DNA of 63,727 bases, the filler included, from Rhabdomonas costata (taxonomy: Eukaryota): assembly GCA_019059605.1 (NCBI GenBank). It is 31 parts of 31 records of this genome, joined end to end, with 100 filler letters (N's around TTAATTAATTAA, not from the genome) between each part and the next. Parts side by side here need not be neighbours in the genome. Positions count along the whole stretch, not along the records: positions 35,012 to 36,970 come from JAHMHO010006979.1; positions 37,071 to 39,029 come from JAHMHO010006980.1; positions 39,130 to 41,089 come from JAHMHO010006981.1; positions 41,190 to 43,146 come from JAHMHO010006982.1; positions 43,247 to 45,205 come from JAHMHO010006983.1; positions 45,306 to 47,263 come from JAHMHO010006984.1; 25 more parts are not named here. One strand, written 5' to 3'. This document shows, one piece after another, positions 35,012 to 47,363 of the stretch. The notes beneath the pieces are model-generated. The model was not told where the DNA came from. It did no database searches and saw nothing but the letters and a program-made list of their open reading frames with translations. Position 1 is the first letter of the stretch. Each line of letters opens with the position of its first letter. A program made the position numbers and the translations under genes.

Positions 35012-35228
35012 TTTTTGGGTGTGCACTTCCCTGCCAAACCTTAAATCCCAGATCGTAGCCATTGTGCGGATACCTTGGGTAGAGAAAAAACGAACGGTAA
35101 CTCTCTCTCTCTCTCTGGAAAACCACGATGGGAACAAAACGGAGTGCAGAGCTACGTGGCACGGGGATAACAGCACAATGGCTACGATCTGGGATGTAAG
35201 GTTTGGCAGGGAAGTGCATACCCAAAAA
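35012..35228. mobile_element. Fold-back/MITE-like element with ~56-bp inverted repeats
   Basis: 35012-35067 is the reverse complement of 35173-35228 with 2 mismatches. The left flank is cut by the contig edge, so no TSD is visible. Confidence 0.7.
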
Positions 35229-35509
35229 AGTCCGGCCCACTCACGCCTGGAATCAGATACAGGACCAGAACGCATTCATGGCAGCTGACAGGCCAGCAGC
35301 CAGCGACAATGGAGACGAAGACAGGTTATGTACTAATAATTAATATTAATTTCTGCTGAAAATATATATTTAAATATTTGTAAATCGGTTTGATTCTTTT
35401 GCTATGACCCTGACAAAAACCGATCACAGGGCATTTGATTTTTCAAATGTATGTATAACGCCTGCCACTTTACCATGTGCCGACGTCCACCAAAAAATAA
35501 AGCGCATAT

Positions 35510-36668
35510 CCAACCGCAAGCAAATCGCGGAGCAAGGGGAGGTCTTCTTCACCTTCGCTCTCTTCGAGGGAAGACTCCCAAGGGCCTTCCAGGGTCTTCC
35601 GCTCCGAAGCCGCGCGCTGCAGAGCCTGGCCCAGGCGCCGCCGCACGTTCAAGCGAACGGGCTGCGTGGTGGGATGGTCTGGCTCTACCAAGCCAGAGAG
35701 GCGAGCAAGGTACTCCGCGGCAGAAGCCGCATTCCCACAGTCAAATCCCGTGGAATCCTCCACGGAGTCCAACCGGACGAAGTCCGCCAAGGCAGCCCCA
35801 CCAGCCTGCCCCGCAGGGGCTGCAGTGCTGGCCACCTCACCCGTGCAGGGCGGAGTCAGTGGCGGTGGCGGCGGCTTTGTGCAAATAGCAAGCCTCTTTC
35901 GGGGCAACCCCTCTGCAGCACCATTTTCTGCTTCCGCACAGGTCAGGACACGCTTGTGCTGCTGATGCAAAAAGTTATGGGAACAACAAACAACCAAAAT
36001 TGAGTCCTCTAAGTCTCGATTCACAATTGCTTCAATTGGTCCAATTGCTTGGCAGACGTGAAGCACTCTCACAAACTCATGATATATACTGGAACTCCAC
36101 AACACAACCGTTATCACAGGCAGCCCAGTTTTCGTCCTCAGCCACGCATACGCAAAGGTTTGGTTATGCTCACTACAATTAAGAAGAACCCCGACTGCAC
36201 TAACCCGATCCCCCGGTGTGCACTGACCTTGTCCTTATTCGTCTGACTGGAGCAGGATGAGACAGCAGAGCTTGTGACACACGTCAGGGCCTGCTTCTCT
36301 TCTGGTAACGAGTCTTTCAACCCAGACTGCACGGTCTGGACTTCCATAACACCCTGAGCTCAAACTGGAAGGTCTGTCGAGGCCTTCCCTTCCCTTTGCT
36401 ACACAGGGGCTATTCTCAAAAGCCGCAGAAAGAAAAAGGCAGCAGAAAAAACACCTGGAGAACGGAGAACAATTCTTCAGTTTTCTCAGGTCGATGCAGC
36501 CTTTCAAGACAGAAAGTCCCCACATACAAAATCGAAGGTTGCCGGGTTTCTGACCTTCTGACATATCATTGCACATTCCACAGGCGGACCCAAGTATAAC
36601 CGAATTCGTCCTGCAATTCAGTTCCATCGCCCAGCATGTAACAAGGTAGGCTGCCACCAGAGATGAGA
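35510..36668 (-). CDS. Hypothetical multi-exon protein (approx. 36668-36565, 36350-36228, 35890-35510)
   Basis: GC3-rich segments: TPLLLISGGS..YTWVRLWN; VMEVQTVQSG..ALTCVTSS; ..ALADFVRLDSVED..AEYLARL..EEDLPLLRDLL. Boundaries are uncertain. Confidence 0.45.
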
Positions 36669-37169
36669 AGCAAAGGCGTCCTGCAGCTCCAGTCGTCAGT
36701 CAACACATGGGCTTAATGGTGGGTTGACAGGGCATAAAATACACTGTAGTGTCCATGTCCAGCATCGTTCACAGAGCCACAGAGTATCTTTGCCAAAGAG
36801 TCTTGGACCTTGCGCACCCCCCCCCTCCAAAAAAAACATTGTTGCGGATCCACCAGCGTTTGGACCCACAACATTGGTTAGGGGGTAGGGGGCGTCCAAA
36901 ATGTTGGCAAAGATTGCAGCAAACACACGTGCTCAGACCTTCTGAAACTTTTCAGAACACACCCCACACANNNNNNNNNNNNNNNNNNNNNNNNNNNNNN
37001 NNNNNNNNNNNNNNTTAATTAATTAANNNNNNNNNNNNNNNNNNNNNNNNNNNNNNNNNNNNNNNNNNNNTGTGGTTGGTTTAAATTTTCGTGTGTACGA
37101 GCATGAGGGTTGCGGTTTCTTTCTTTCGCGTATTCTTCTTCTTCTACTTCGTGTGTATGTGGGTCACAG

Positions 37170-37723
37170 GAACTGATGAAGAGTGCTTCTGAGCTGACCT
37201 TAGCCGAGCGGCAGGCCACTGTCAGCCGGCTGCACGCTGCGCTGGCTCGCACACTGGACACGTTCTGCCATTGGATTGCCATGCGCCAGGAAAGGCTGGA
37301 GTGCGGCAACGAGTTTGGGTCGGAAGTGCAGGTGTGCAGTGTGTTTCTTCGCGGCCTCACTCGAGAATTGAAAAAGAAAAGGAGACTTGGGAAAGTTTCA
37401 TTCTGCCCTTTCTGCTCAAAATTTTTTTTCGGAAGTTTGTTTCATGCTGGGTTAGTTATGAAATTAGACACGGCAATGATTAGCTGTGCCATCAGCTGTC
37501 CCTGTGCCTTTGCACGTAACTCTCGCTCAGCTTGCCCCTGGGGTTAGAGTTATTTCGCAGTGTTTTTGATGTTCAGGTGACAGTGGCATCGTGCATCTCG
37601 CGGTCAACCTCGAGCTCAGGGGACCGGAGGGACAGCCTGAGCGCGATTATCATGGACTCTCTCAACATTGATGTTCCCAAGTACGAGCCCGTCAAAGGCT
37701 CTGAGCTCCACAAAACTCTGAAG
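37170..37723 (+). CDS. Hypothetical protein, internal exons 37170-37331 and 37577-37723
   Basis: Phase-0 GT-AG join: ELMKSASELTLAERQ..FGSEVQ|VTVASCIS..IIMDSLNIDVPKYEPVKGSELHKTLK|GT. Confidence 0.7.
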
Positions 37724-38510
37724 GTTGTTCGTGTGGAAAATGCAAAAAAAAAGCATACACAAACTCGAACAACACACACAACTAAGATAAAGATGGTCAA
37801 CCCCCCCCCCCCCCCCCGTGAACCACCCCTGTGGTTCACGTCCGTGAACCAATATCTGGGTATCAGAATCCAGGCCGCAACGCAACCCAGGGGAACTTCC
37901 CCGCCCACGCACCCCCCCGCTTCGGCCGCGCCGCGGACTGGCCTCCGCACCCAAAATAATTCAGTCCCTTTTGTACGGCAATCTCCTGGGAACCGTTCAT
38001 CGCATTCACTGGCAATGAAGCCCAGAGATACTTCCTTGTATTAGAATCCCAGGGGACACGTGCGTCGCCTCCTAACTGAGCTCTGTTTGTGGTTCACGGG
38101 GGGTGGGGTCGAGTTTCAGCCTCGCACCGACAATGGACTCTCTCGCAGACGGTAATCGGATTTCGAGACGGTGTGAAGGATGTGTGTCTGACAGAGGGAG
38201 GCAGGGAAATGGAGGGCTACCAGAAGCGGAAGCAGGGTGGGAGAGCGGTCCAAGGATGGAAGTGGCGCAGGAACAGTGGAGAGCCAGTGGGCGTGTCTAT
38301 GTGATTTAAGGAAGACTCAGGGACAGCACACCAGCGTGTGTTTGCAAGCTTGCGCAGCTTGCACTCTGACTTGTGTCTCCACACCTCCAAGAGGCAAATG
38401 AATCCGCCAAGAGCGAGAGCGAGCGAGCGAGCGAGCGAGAGAGAAGCAAAAGGAAACACCTCTTCGGAATGCGTCCTGACACGCAACCGCGGACAAGCAT
38501 GCACATGCAC

Positions 38511-38666
38511 CTTTGCTCTCAAGCTGGCCACCTCGGCGTGGGCGCATAAGTCGTTCACGGCGGTGGCGGTGGCGGGTGCGGCCCCGGTGTTCGCACTGCC
38601 CTCTCCGTACCCTCCAGGCGGCACAAGTGGTGGCCGAGGGGGGGAACGCTCGCACTCACTGCCACC
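38511..38666 (-). CDS. Putative internal exon (156 nt) of a second, antisense gene
   Basis: AG..AAG|GT bounded, open and GC-rich: GGSECERSPPRPPLVPPGG..NDLCAHAEVASLRAK. Confidence 0.45.
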
Positions 38667-39129
38667 CTATGGTCAACCAGGACACACACACACACACACA
38701 CAACGTAAACCCCGATATACCCCCTAAACCGACGCAGCAACTAATGTGCGCTCAGCCCAACATCAGCCAGAACCCAAAGACGAAGTTATTTTTGGATAAA
38801 TTAGTTTCAAAATTTTGTATTTTTGGATCGTGTAACAACGACTAACCCCTTTCCCCCCCCCCAAAAAAAAACATTTTCCGTGCCGTGGACCTTTTTGAGC
38901 TCACACAAAGAAACCGAGAGGCGAAAAAGAAATCCCAAGTACCATCAGTCTCTCGAAACGAAGCGAACTTCAAGGATGAATCAAAGAGGTGCACATTGAT
39001 GAAATTAGATTCTTTCACGCACAACCACANNNNNNNNNNNNNNNNNNNNNNNNNNNNNNNNNNNNNNNNNNNNTTAATTAATTAANNNNNNNNNNNNNNN
39101 NNNNNNNNNNNNNNNNNNNNNNNNNNNNN

Positions 39130-41089
39130 GTTGTTGGGTAGCAGCAGCGCGGCGGGGATGAAGGCAAACCCAAACTGCAGCCCATGCGAGGCCAGCTCCG
39201 CGGGGCTCAGCAAGCGAAGTCGGAAGGCCGATGCGGCGGCAATTACGTTGGCCTTCACAAGCACGATCGTCTGCCCGGTGCTGCTCACGGTGAGGTTGGC
39301 ATCCCCAGAGGCCGCAGAAAGCCCGGCGGGAAGAGGAAGCCCCACAATCATCCAGTCCCCAACCCCAAGCGCGGGAACATTCAGCTGGGCGTCCTCAAGG
39401 CTTCCCGTGGGGCTGCCCCATTCCAGAGCAGTCAATGCAAACGACGTCGCCGTGATGTACGCAGGGTTGGTGACGTTCCCGCTGAGCTGAAGGGTAGCCC
39501 GGAAGGTCCCCAGAGAAGGCTGGCCCCGCACACTCACCCAAATCTCCAGCACTGTGCTGAAAGCGTACCGCAGAAGAGGGCTGCCCGTGCTGCTGAGCTG
39601 CACCGAGGGCTGCAGGATGGACGTGGGGCTCAGCACTTGCATGGAGAAGGCCTGGGTGGTGCTAAGAATGGCAGGGGCATTGGGGCTTGCGCTGAGCACA
39701 TAGGTGGGGCTGTCCGCAGCCCCGGTGCCGGGCACAAGCGTCAGGCTGACGATGAGGTGCCCCGCCGTGTCAAACGTCAGGTCGGCAAACGCTCGCACTG
39801 GCCCGGGCGCCGTGGGCCCATACACGCTCACCGAGGTGCTCATGTCCAGCGAAACCGACACGCTGAGGTCGAAGCGGTTGCAGGCACTCGCAAAGAAGGT
39901 CTCCGAAAGCACCTGCTCCTCGCTCGGCGGGAACACGGCCTGCAGGAAGCAGCTGTACAGGCTCCCGCTGATCATCACCACGTTGTCATGCATCTCCCGG
40001 TGCAGCCAAGCGGAGCCATCGCGGTGCGGGAGGAGGCCGCTGAGGTCGCCAAAGGGGTCCACAGGAAGGGTAAGGCTGTAGCCACAGCCCGTGGGCTGCA
40101 CGGCCTGCGCCCATGGCGGGGAGCCCACCACGGTAAACGCGTTGAGGTTGGTGCAGATCGTCTGCGGGGTGGTGGTGTTGAAGGGCGTCGCTGCGGCAGG
40201 AAGGGGCATCTTCACCGCGGCGGAGGGAAGCACTGAGGGCAGTGTACCCAGAGCCATGGTCGTCTGCTCGCTGCCTGTGATGTACATCCCGCCCGCGATG
40301 TAGGGGTAGCTCACCTCAACATAGAACCCGCTGCCATTACTGCGCAGGCTCATGGTGGGCTGCGGTGGGGTGGGCCGCAGCAACACGTCCAGGCTGTAGT
40401 CCACCGTGAAGACGGAGGGGCAGGCGCAGTGGCCGGAGCCCGCGATGCCTTCCCACTGGCAGAGCCTGCTGCATCCATCACCATCCTCAACGTTGCCGTC
40501 GTCGCACTGCTCCCCGGCCTCCAGAAGGAAATTCCCGCAGATGCCGTTCCCGGGGGTCTCTGCCCCTGATTTTTGCATGAAATAGTCAAAGTTGTGTGAC
40601 ATTTCTACAAAACATAGTCCCGTGCGTGTCGAGGTGACAACTGCGCACCCGTATAAACAGTCAAGGCGCATTGCGCACTGGCTGTTGCTTGGTTGACTGG
40701 TTGCTTGGTTGTTGGTGACCACTGTGCACTGACGGGCGCACGCGCTCTTGGCCACGGGTGCTCGCGGGAGGTGCCGTTGGAGCGAACGGTGCCGTGGGGA
40801 ACCGGATCCGGCTCACCGCCGAACGTTCCACATATGGTAACCTCCCTGTGTGTGTATGTGTGTGTGTGTGTGCACGCGGAGCGGAATAAGACCATTTTCG
40901 CATTCCAGGGACAAGACACAAGGACACCGAGGAGAAAGCCGTACCTCCACAGCTCTGAACCTCGCAGGTGCGCGTCGCCACGTCGCCCTGTAGGTGAGGG
41001 CAGGTGCCATTTCCCGAAGCAGGAGAGGTAACCTGGAAGATGCCCGTCTGGATCCCTACCCCGCAGCTCGCAGTGCAACCCCCCACACA
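39130..41089 (-). CDS. Large extracellular protein: TSP1 (spondin-type) repeat, DUF4215/Myxococcus Cys-rich repeat and a long unknown region; exons >41089-40945 and 40565->39130 (possible small exon between)
   Basis: CTASCGVGIQT..F.VTSPASGNGTCP..TRTCEVQSC; CGNFLLEAGEQCDDGNVEDGDGCSRLCQWE; >1.4-kb open GC3-rich exon. Confidence 0.88.
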
Positions 41090-41249
41090 NNNNNNNNNNN
41101 NNNNNNNNNNNNNNNNNNNNNNNNNNNNNNNNNTTAATTAATTAANNNNNNNNNNNNNNNNNNNNNNNNNNNNNNNNNNNNNNNNNNNNGGTGGTTGGGC
41201 ATGAGGGAGAGTCCATCTAAATCCTTTTGTACTGTCACCAGGAACAGCC

Positions 41250-41700
41250 TTCCTCCAGGGGGACCTTACGGAAGGGTTCAGGAACTGGGACATCGCAGAT
41301 GCAGTGAGCTTTTGCCTGGTCGCTTTGTGGAGGGAGACGGATTGCCGACTGGTGCTGAAACTGTCCCAAGAAGCGTTCCTACTGCTCGCGACCAAATCTT
41401 TTCGCGAACGACCAAAGAGCTGCGCGAGAAAGGTACTCTTGCCTAAGGGGAGGAAAACCAAACCCACTGAATTGCAGAGAGAAAGGGGTTTGTGGTTCTT
41501 TTCGGCCTCTGCCTCGACGAGCTGACAAGTGTGTGGGGCCCACTGGCCAGAGAGTGCCAAAGGCTGACGAACGGCTATGCTGCGCCCGAGCCCTATTCGT
41601 ACACCAAGATAGCAGCTGGCCGTTGTTTTCCTTGCAGCCTGACCTCAGTCTGACACCGGATTCCAGCAGCATGATGTCAGAGAGCGCGTCACACGGCAGG
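41250..41700 (+). mobile_element. Decayed non-LTR (LINE-like) reverse transcriptase fragment
   Basis: Frameshifted motifs in LINE order: PG..GDGLP / LVLKL..; ARKVLLPKGRK; GFQ. Internal stops are present. Confidence 0.4.
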
Positions 41701-42431
41701 TCAGGAGATGGTCGCCGGTTGCCCACATTTGTCGCAGGGGTGACCAACCGCTGACTCCGGAATTAAAGGATGCCCCAGGTGAAATTCAAGAAGAGCTGGT
41801 ATTCCCCTTCAGCAAAGCGAGGAGAGCGAGGAACCACGCTGACTGCCTCCCTCTTCAACGTCTCCAGTTGGCAAGCTGCGAGTCTGGGGTGTCATTTGCT
41901 CTTCACACGCTCATCCAGTAACGCGTGCTTCTTGCTGCCGCCCCGCTGTTTTTATGTATGCTGTGAGTTTTTCGAGTGGGGATTAATCTGCGTGTGTTCA
42001 TTTCTCTGTGCGCCCCCATCTCTTTGAGCCGAGTTTATTTTGGCAGCGGAAATTGAGACCGCCATTGCGGGTTCCCCACCTTGCTCGTTTTTATTCCGGA
42101 CGCCAGCTTTGGTTGCTTGTTGTTTGCAGAAGTGACGTGCATTTCTTCTAAAAAATTTAAAAATTGAAAGACAAAAATTAACATTGAAGTAAAAATTTGG
42201 AATGTGTGTGGGGGGGGGCATATATTGGCCTGCACGCAAGCAAAGTGTTGAAGTCTTTGGCTGATTCACTGAGAATCCTGAATTGACCCGTGTGTGCCCC
42301 CCCCCCCGAAGTTCTGAACACCGCTGCAAGAACTCCTGCGCCTGCGCGGGATTTTTTTTTCACATCGTTCATGTTTTTTTTTGAAGAATTTCAAGTGTTG
42401 GAATCTACCCCCACCCCCGCCCCAACTGTAC

Positions 42432-42690
42432 CAGCGGCGGGTGCCATCAGCCAGACGTTCTTTGTGGCCATCTCCCCTGTGGTGATCAGCGGGCAGTACT
42501 CGGCGGGGCCCATATCGCGGTTGGGCCCCAGGATGTAAAACGCATAGACATTCCCCAGGAAGATCGTCAAAGGGATGCATGGCCCCCCGATGGCCTGGAA
42601 AGTACCCACTCGCTCCTTGGGAGCATTCTCTTGGATGTACACGGGAACGGAGGATGTGATCGCGCTGTTGCAGAAACCCACAATTCGGAG
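42432..42690 (-). CDS. MFS sugar-porter family transporter, internal exon
   Basis: IVGFCNSAITSSVPVYIQENAPKERVGTF matches the PxYxxExxPxxxRG sugar-transport signature. The 5' boundary is uncertain. Confidence 0.85.
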
Positions 42691-43367
42691 GAACAAACAC
42701 GTGCTACGTGAACAAACTCACTTCGCCAGACCAAACATAACCTAAAAACTTCCTCCAATAACCCTCATTACAAATAGTGCAGTCTTGAGACTCCGCAGCC
42801 CCTATTTTACCGCTGCGTGGCTGATTGCTGTGACGTTTCATAAACCTCAATTACCTCTAACACTAGAATTTGAGCTTTGAGCTAACATCTCAGCAGCATC
42901 GGATGCCGCAGATATGGCAGGGCCGACCTTTTTCTGGATTTTGTTCTCTGCAACACGTGACAAAACGTTTTGTGCCGGTGTTTTGAATTTTATAGCTTCG
43001 CCATAAGATTTTATGTAGCGTTACTGTTAAAATGGGGCACATTTAACAAACTTAAGCAAACCCAAGTAAGGAGTTCAGGAGTTCGGCAACAAACAAACAG
43101 TACAAGGGGGACCGAAAAGTTGGGAAGGGGAAACAAAACGGTTTGTNNNNNNNNNNNNNNNNNNNNNNNNNNNNNNNNNNNNNNNNNNNNTTAATTAATT
43201 AANNNNNNNNNNNNNNNNNNNNNNNNNNNNNNNNNNNNNNNNNNNNGTGTTGGGTGTGGTTGGTGTTGTGGGGCGTCCCGAAGCCTGGGCAAGGGGTCCG
43301 CTGATCGATAATTTATAGCCGCCATAAATGGTTATGTGTTGGGTTGAAAATATGGAAGGCAACACAC

Positions 43368-43685
43368 CGATTCCTAAGAAAGCACTGCTTAGTGCTTCTT
43401 CGTATCGGCCATCAGCGAAAGCTGCAAACGGTAAGATGTAAAACATCCAGTGAAAAGAACGCAAACCAAATAGAAGTTGAAAAAAAGAGGGGGAGGGATT
43501 GTCCAACCTGGATCACTTGTCAGTCGTTTATGGAGGTTCTCACCACAAAACCGCGCAGTGTTCTGTCCGCAGTGACCGTCGTAAACCCCAAAGAAAGCAC
43601 ATCGCTTTGACCCTCCGAGATTCAGCACACACGTGTGCGCGTCTTCCATTCCTCTTCTCCAACCTTGCATTCCCGAAGCACCGAC
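43368..43685 (-). CDS. Protein phosphatase 2C (PPM family); exons 43685-43508 and 43421-43368
   Basis: VGASGMQGWRRGMEDAH..FFGVYDGHCG..ENLHKRL..P|AFADGRYEEALSSAFLGI. Confidence 0.95.
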
Positions 43686-45662
43686 CTGGGATGACAATAA
43701 GAATAGGAAATTCCGACGCCGAACACACCTTGTCGCAGTCCACTTCGTACTTTTCTCTGAAGGGGGTTGGGTGGTGCCTTTTGCAATAATCAGCGGATTC
43801 AGAAAAATTTTGGTTCAGACGGAACAAAGCACAACAGTTAAAAAAAACTACTGATGCACTAGACACTAGACCTTGACACCAACTTTCGATTTTTTCTGGT
43901 CGGATAAAAACACGTTCTTACACTTGCGATGCACACGCAACGGACTGCCGAAAACCGAACGCGGACAACTGCGTTCGGATTTTCTCAGCTCGTTCAACGA
44001 GAGAGAAAAAAGATGATTCTTCATTCGCTCAAAACCCTTCTGGGTGGGACCGATTGAACATTGAACATTAGGAAATCCAACTCTGGAGGGGTATTTTGCT
44101 CCAAAATTCTCGTTCGAAATTTATTCGTGAAGATCTCTCCACAATTTTCGCAACATGCCAGGGCTGGAAAAAATGCAAATTGTCGAGACCAAAAATGCGA
44201 TGCTAAAAAATGCGATGCTAAAAAATGCAAAAAAAATGCAAAAGAGTGCATTTTCAAGCCTAAATTCCCCACTCCAATTAACTGAAGCATTATTGCAATG
44301 CATAGAGAGAAGAGAATACGGGACTATATGGACTATTTTCGAATCATTAATTTCGATATTGTCGTGATCTTTTTAATTGGACCGATTGACCGATTGGAAG
44401 ATGGCGAAACCGAAGCAGGCCTCCCGAAAACCGGTTCTTTTAGTCGAGATTTCTTGCAGAAACGCCACCTTTCCCGACTCCCCGGGCTCGCGGAATGGAG
44501 CCCGCCCATCTCCAGTTCCCGCCCGTGACCTCATCGGTGGGGCGCCCCAATCCGAGGGTTAATTTAGAAGCAGGGGGTTAGGTAAACTGTCATTTCCCAG
44601 AATTACATTCTTACGACCAAACAAACAAGAACTAAATTCAAGCAAAATGCGCCACTTTAAAGCGCCAAGCAAACGAGTCAACCATCGCAAGTTTCAACAA
44701 CAACATATTTCCCCAAAAATCAAAATTACTTCCCCCCCTACTTGAAAACTGCACTTTTTTTTTGCAATAACCTTCCCATTATTGCATTATTGGGGAGGCG
44801 CGTTAAAATCCCGCGTCAACGGGTTGCGAGCTGCCAGGGGACACGGAGGGAGCTGGGACATAAGAGTGGAGAAGCTCCACAAGGGGTGAAGTGGGTTCCC
44901 CCAGAAGGGCGAATTTCAGCTTGCTCTGATACCTGTGCGAGGTGGCGGATACTGGCTGTCACCACTCCGTTTATAGCTCGCCGGGGAAGCGCTCCATTCC
45001 TTGGGTTGTGTTTCAGTGTATTCGGGCGGGTGGTAGGGTGCATCAGGGTGTAACTTCCAATCGCTCAACCCGAACCTCCCTGAGACTCGCCCCTCAGAGA
45101 CTTCGAGCTAGTCACCTCTTGGAAGTGTTCGATTTTGCCGCGCTCCGACCCGAAGACCACCCTGGAGGACCTTTTGTTGAGATGGTTGACACTTCCGATA
45201 CTCGANNNNNNNNNNNNNNNNNNNNNNNNNNNNNNNNNNNNNNNNNNNNTTAATTAATTAANNNNNNNNNNNNNNNNNNNNNNNNNNNNNNNNNNNNNNN
45301 NNNNNCTAAAAACAAAGAGGTCTGCGGCCTGAGGTCTTCGGACAAAAAAGCAGGCCTTGTCGAGAAACGCTGGGAGGCAGGGGTTTACATCTTAGCGGGT
45401 GGCACCCATACTGATTCTTACATTTAAGTCGAGCCTCCGATCCAGGCATGGCCTTACCGCGTGACATGGATACGCTGAGATGGTGGAATCATAAGGATAA
45501 GATAATCCCTGTTTCCTCCGTTTCCGCCAAAAGATTGGCAGCACAAAGAGGAATGACTAGAAATTGGCAGAAAATTCACCAACAATCATTGTACGCCTCG
45601 AGACAGCGAAGGAACCCCATAGGTTAACGTCGACTGAGTCCGCAAAGTGAGCGGAGGGAAAG

Positions 45663-47061
45663 CTAGGACCCTGAGCGGGACCGTGAGACGCGGCGCTGCC
45701 GCTTCGCACCACCCCTGCGGGAGTCCCGAGAGCTGGACCGGGGCCTGGGGCTGCGTGAGCGAGACCTCCCTCGACCCCGCGGGGAACGGCGGCGGGGACT
45801 GCGGCTGGAGCCACGCGCATCACGGAAGTCCGCGCCGGACTTTGGACTACACGGACACAAAGGCAACAAGATGCGTGCGAAGTAGCAGATGGTGAGTGAT
45901 GCATTTGTGTAATAAGTGGAAGCAACGGACTTTGGGTGAATCCGAGGAGTCACAGACGCTTCAAAATGCAATCAAGATTTCAAGGAAGTAGAGAGGCTTC
46001 CACAAACTCATCAAAAGGTACAGCGCCTCGCGCCAGAAGGGTTTATTATGATATAAAAACTCTTTGAAACAAAGACGGAACAACGGCTGAACTGAGCGGT
46101 CAAAGTTTCACCAAGCTGGGAGCGACGCACGATGGGAAGGTGGAAGGGGGGGGCTACCGGCACGGCTGCACAACGATGCGCATTCCATCCATTGACTTGT
46201 TATCCATCTCATCCACTGCTCGGTCGACATCCCTCGGAGATTCAAACTCTGTGGTGTGGAACAGGAAGTCAACTCACTGCAAAGAGCTAGAACAAGAGAA
46301 GACAAACCATGCAGTGAGAGCTGATCTTGTTCATCCACAAATCCAAAAAATACAACCCCACACTGAGAGCTGAATTGATTCCGATAGGCATGCATTCAGC
46401 ATGCATTCATCCAACGACTAAATGGACGCAGATGTGTGAGCCAAGCATGAAAGTAAAAAAGGCGACACCCCCCCCCCAAAGCATTAAAAGCATACGTACT
46501 GAAAACTACAGCGCATCAGTTGCGAGTATAGAGCACAAGCGAGAAGATACTCTATTCTAGGAACGCTGTAAGCCACGGAGGGAAGGCTGTGTCTTTGTTC
46601 GGGAGATGGGCATTTCCAGGGAATTGCCGTAAACACTAGGGTTCCTAATGAGCTTCCCCCATCTGATCGCCCTCTTACCTTCAGCGATTAATTTTAGAAT
46701 CCCTGGGAATCTCTGGGACGTGGGCCTTCACAGAAACCCACCTGCATGAACTACTGAGGCGGGGATTATCCATATACAAAGGTGAGGCAAGCGATGATGG
46801 TCACCGTTTAGCGCTGTTGGAACAACACGTCAACATGTCAATGCATGAGAAAAAGAAGCGGTTGGTTCGGACTTATGTGGGGCGTGAGGAAGAACGGAAA
46901 GGGAGACAGTGTACCGACGAAGCCAAAGGTTGTGCCCAGCTGGGAGTTGGACCGCACGGCGGTGGAGACCACAGGGCCGACTTTCTCAAACATCCTCCGC
47001 AGCTCCTTGTCCGTGGTGTCCTGGTGGAGATTCCCCACGTAGATGCGGTTGCCTGCGTCAC
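45663..47061 (-). CDS. SR-family splicing factor (RRM + RS domain); exons 47061-46915, 46248-46158, 45846-45663
   Basis: RIYVGNL..TFGFV|EFESPRDVDRAVDEMDNKSMDGMRIVVQPCR|PKS..SRSPRRRSPRGRGRSRSRSP..SRSRSGS*. All joins are in-frame GT-AG. Confidence 0.95.
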
Positions 47062-47363
47062 CTGAGAGAAGGGTCACCCCGCCGGAAATGAGCTGGCCCA
47101 GCTGCCGAAGCTGTATGCATCCAGCATGAGGGCCTCTGCTATTTCTCCCTCTTTCCCTTTGATCCACACAAGAGTAAAAGAGAGAGGTCTGGGCTTGTCA
47201 ATTCCGCCAGGAGGCGACTCGCATGCCCCCCCCCCCAAAAAAAAAGAGGAAGGTATTTGCAAANNNNNNNNNNNNNNNNNNNNNNNNNNNNNNNNNNNNN
47301 NNNNNNNTTAATTAATTAANNNNNNNNNNNNNNNNNNNNNNNNNNNNNNNNNNNNNNNNNNNN

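Noticed and set aside
39184-40236. 350-aa plus-strand ORF
   Set aside because: It is the antisense shadow of the GC3-rich surface-protein exon.
43727-43776. Small upstream PP2C exon (HHPTPFREKYEVDCDK)
   Set aside because: It would need a ~41-nt intron, shorter than any other here, and does not match the PP2C N-terminus.
44190-44240. Short tandem repeats (15-bp here; 9-bp at ~15963; 18-bp at ~24426) as CRISPR or regulatory arrays
   Set aside because: These are simple tandem duplications with no spacers.
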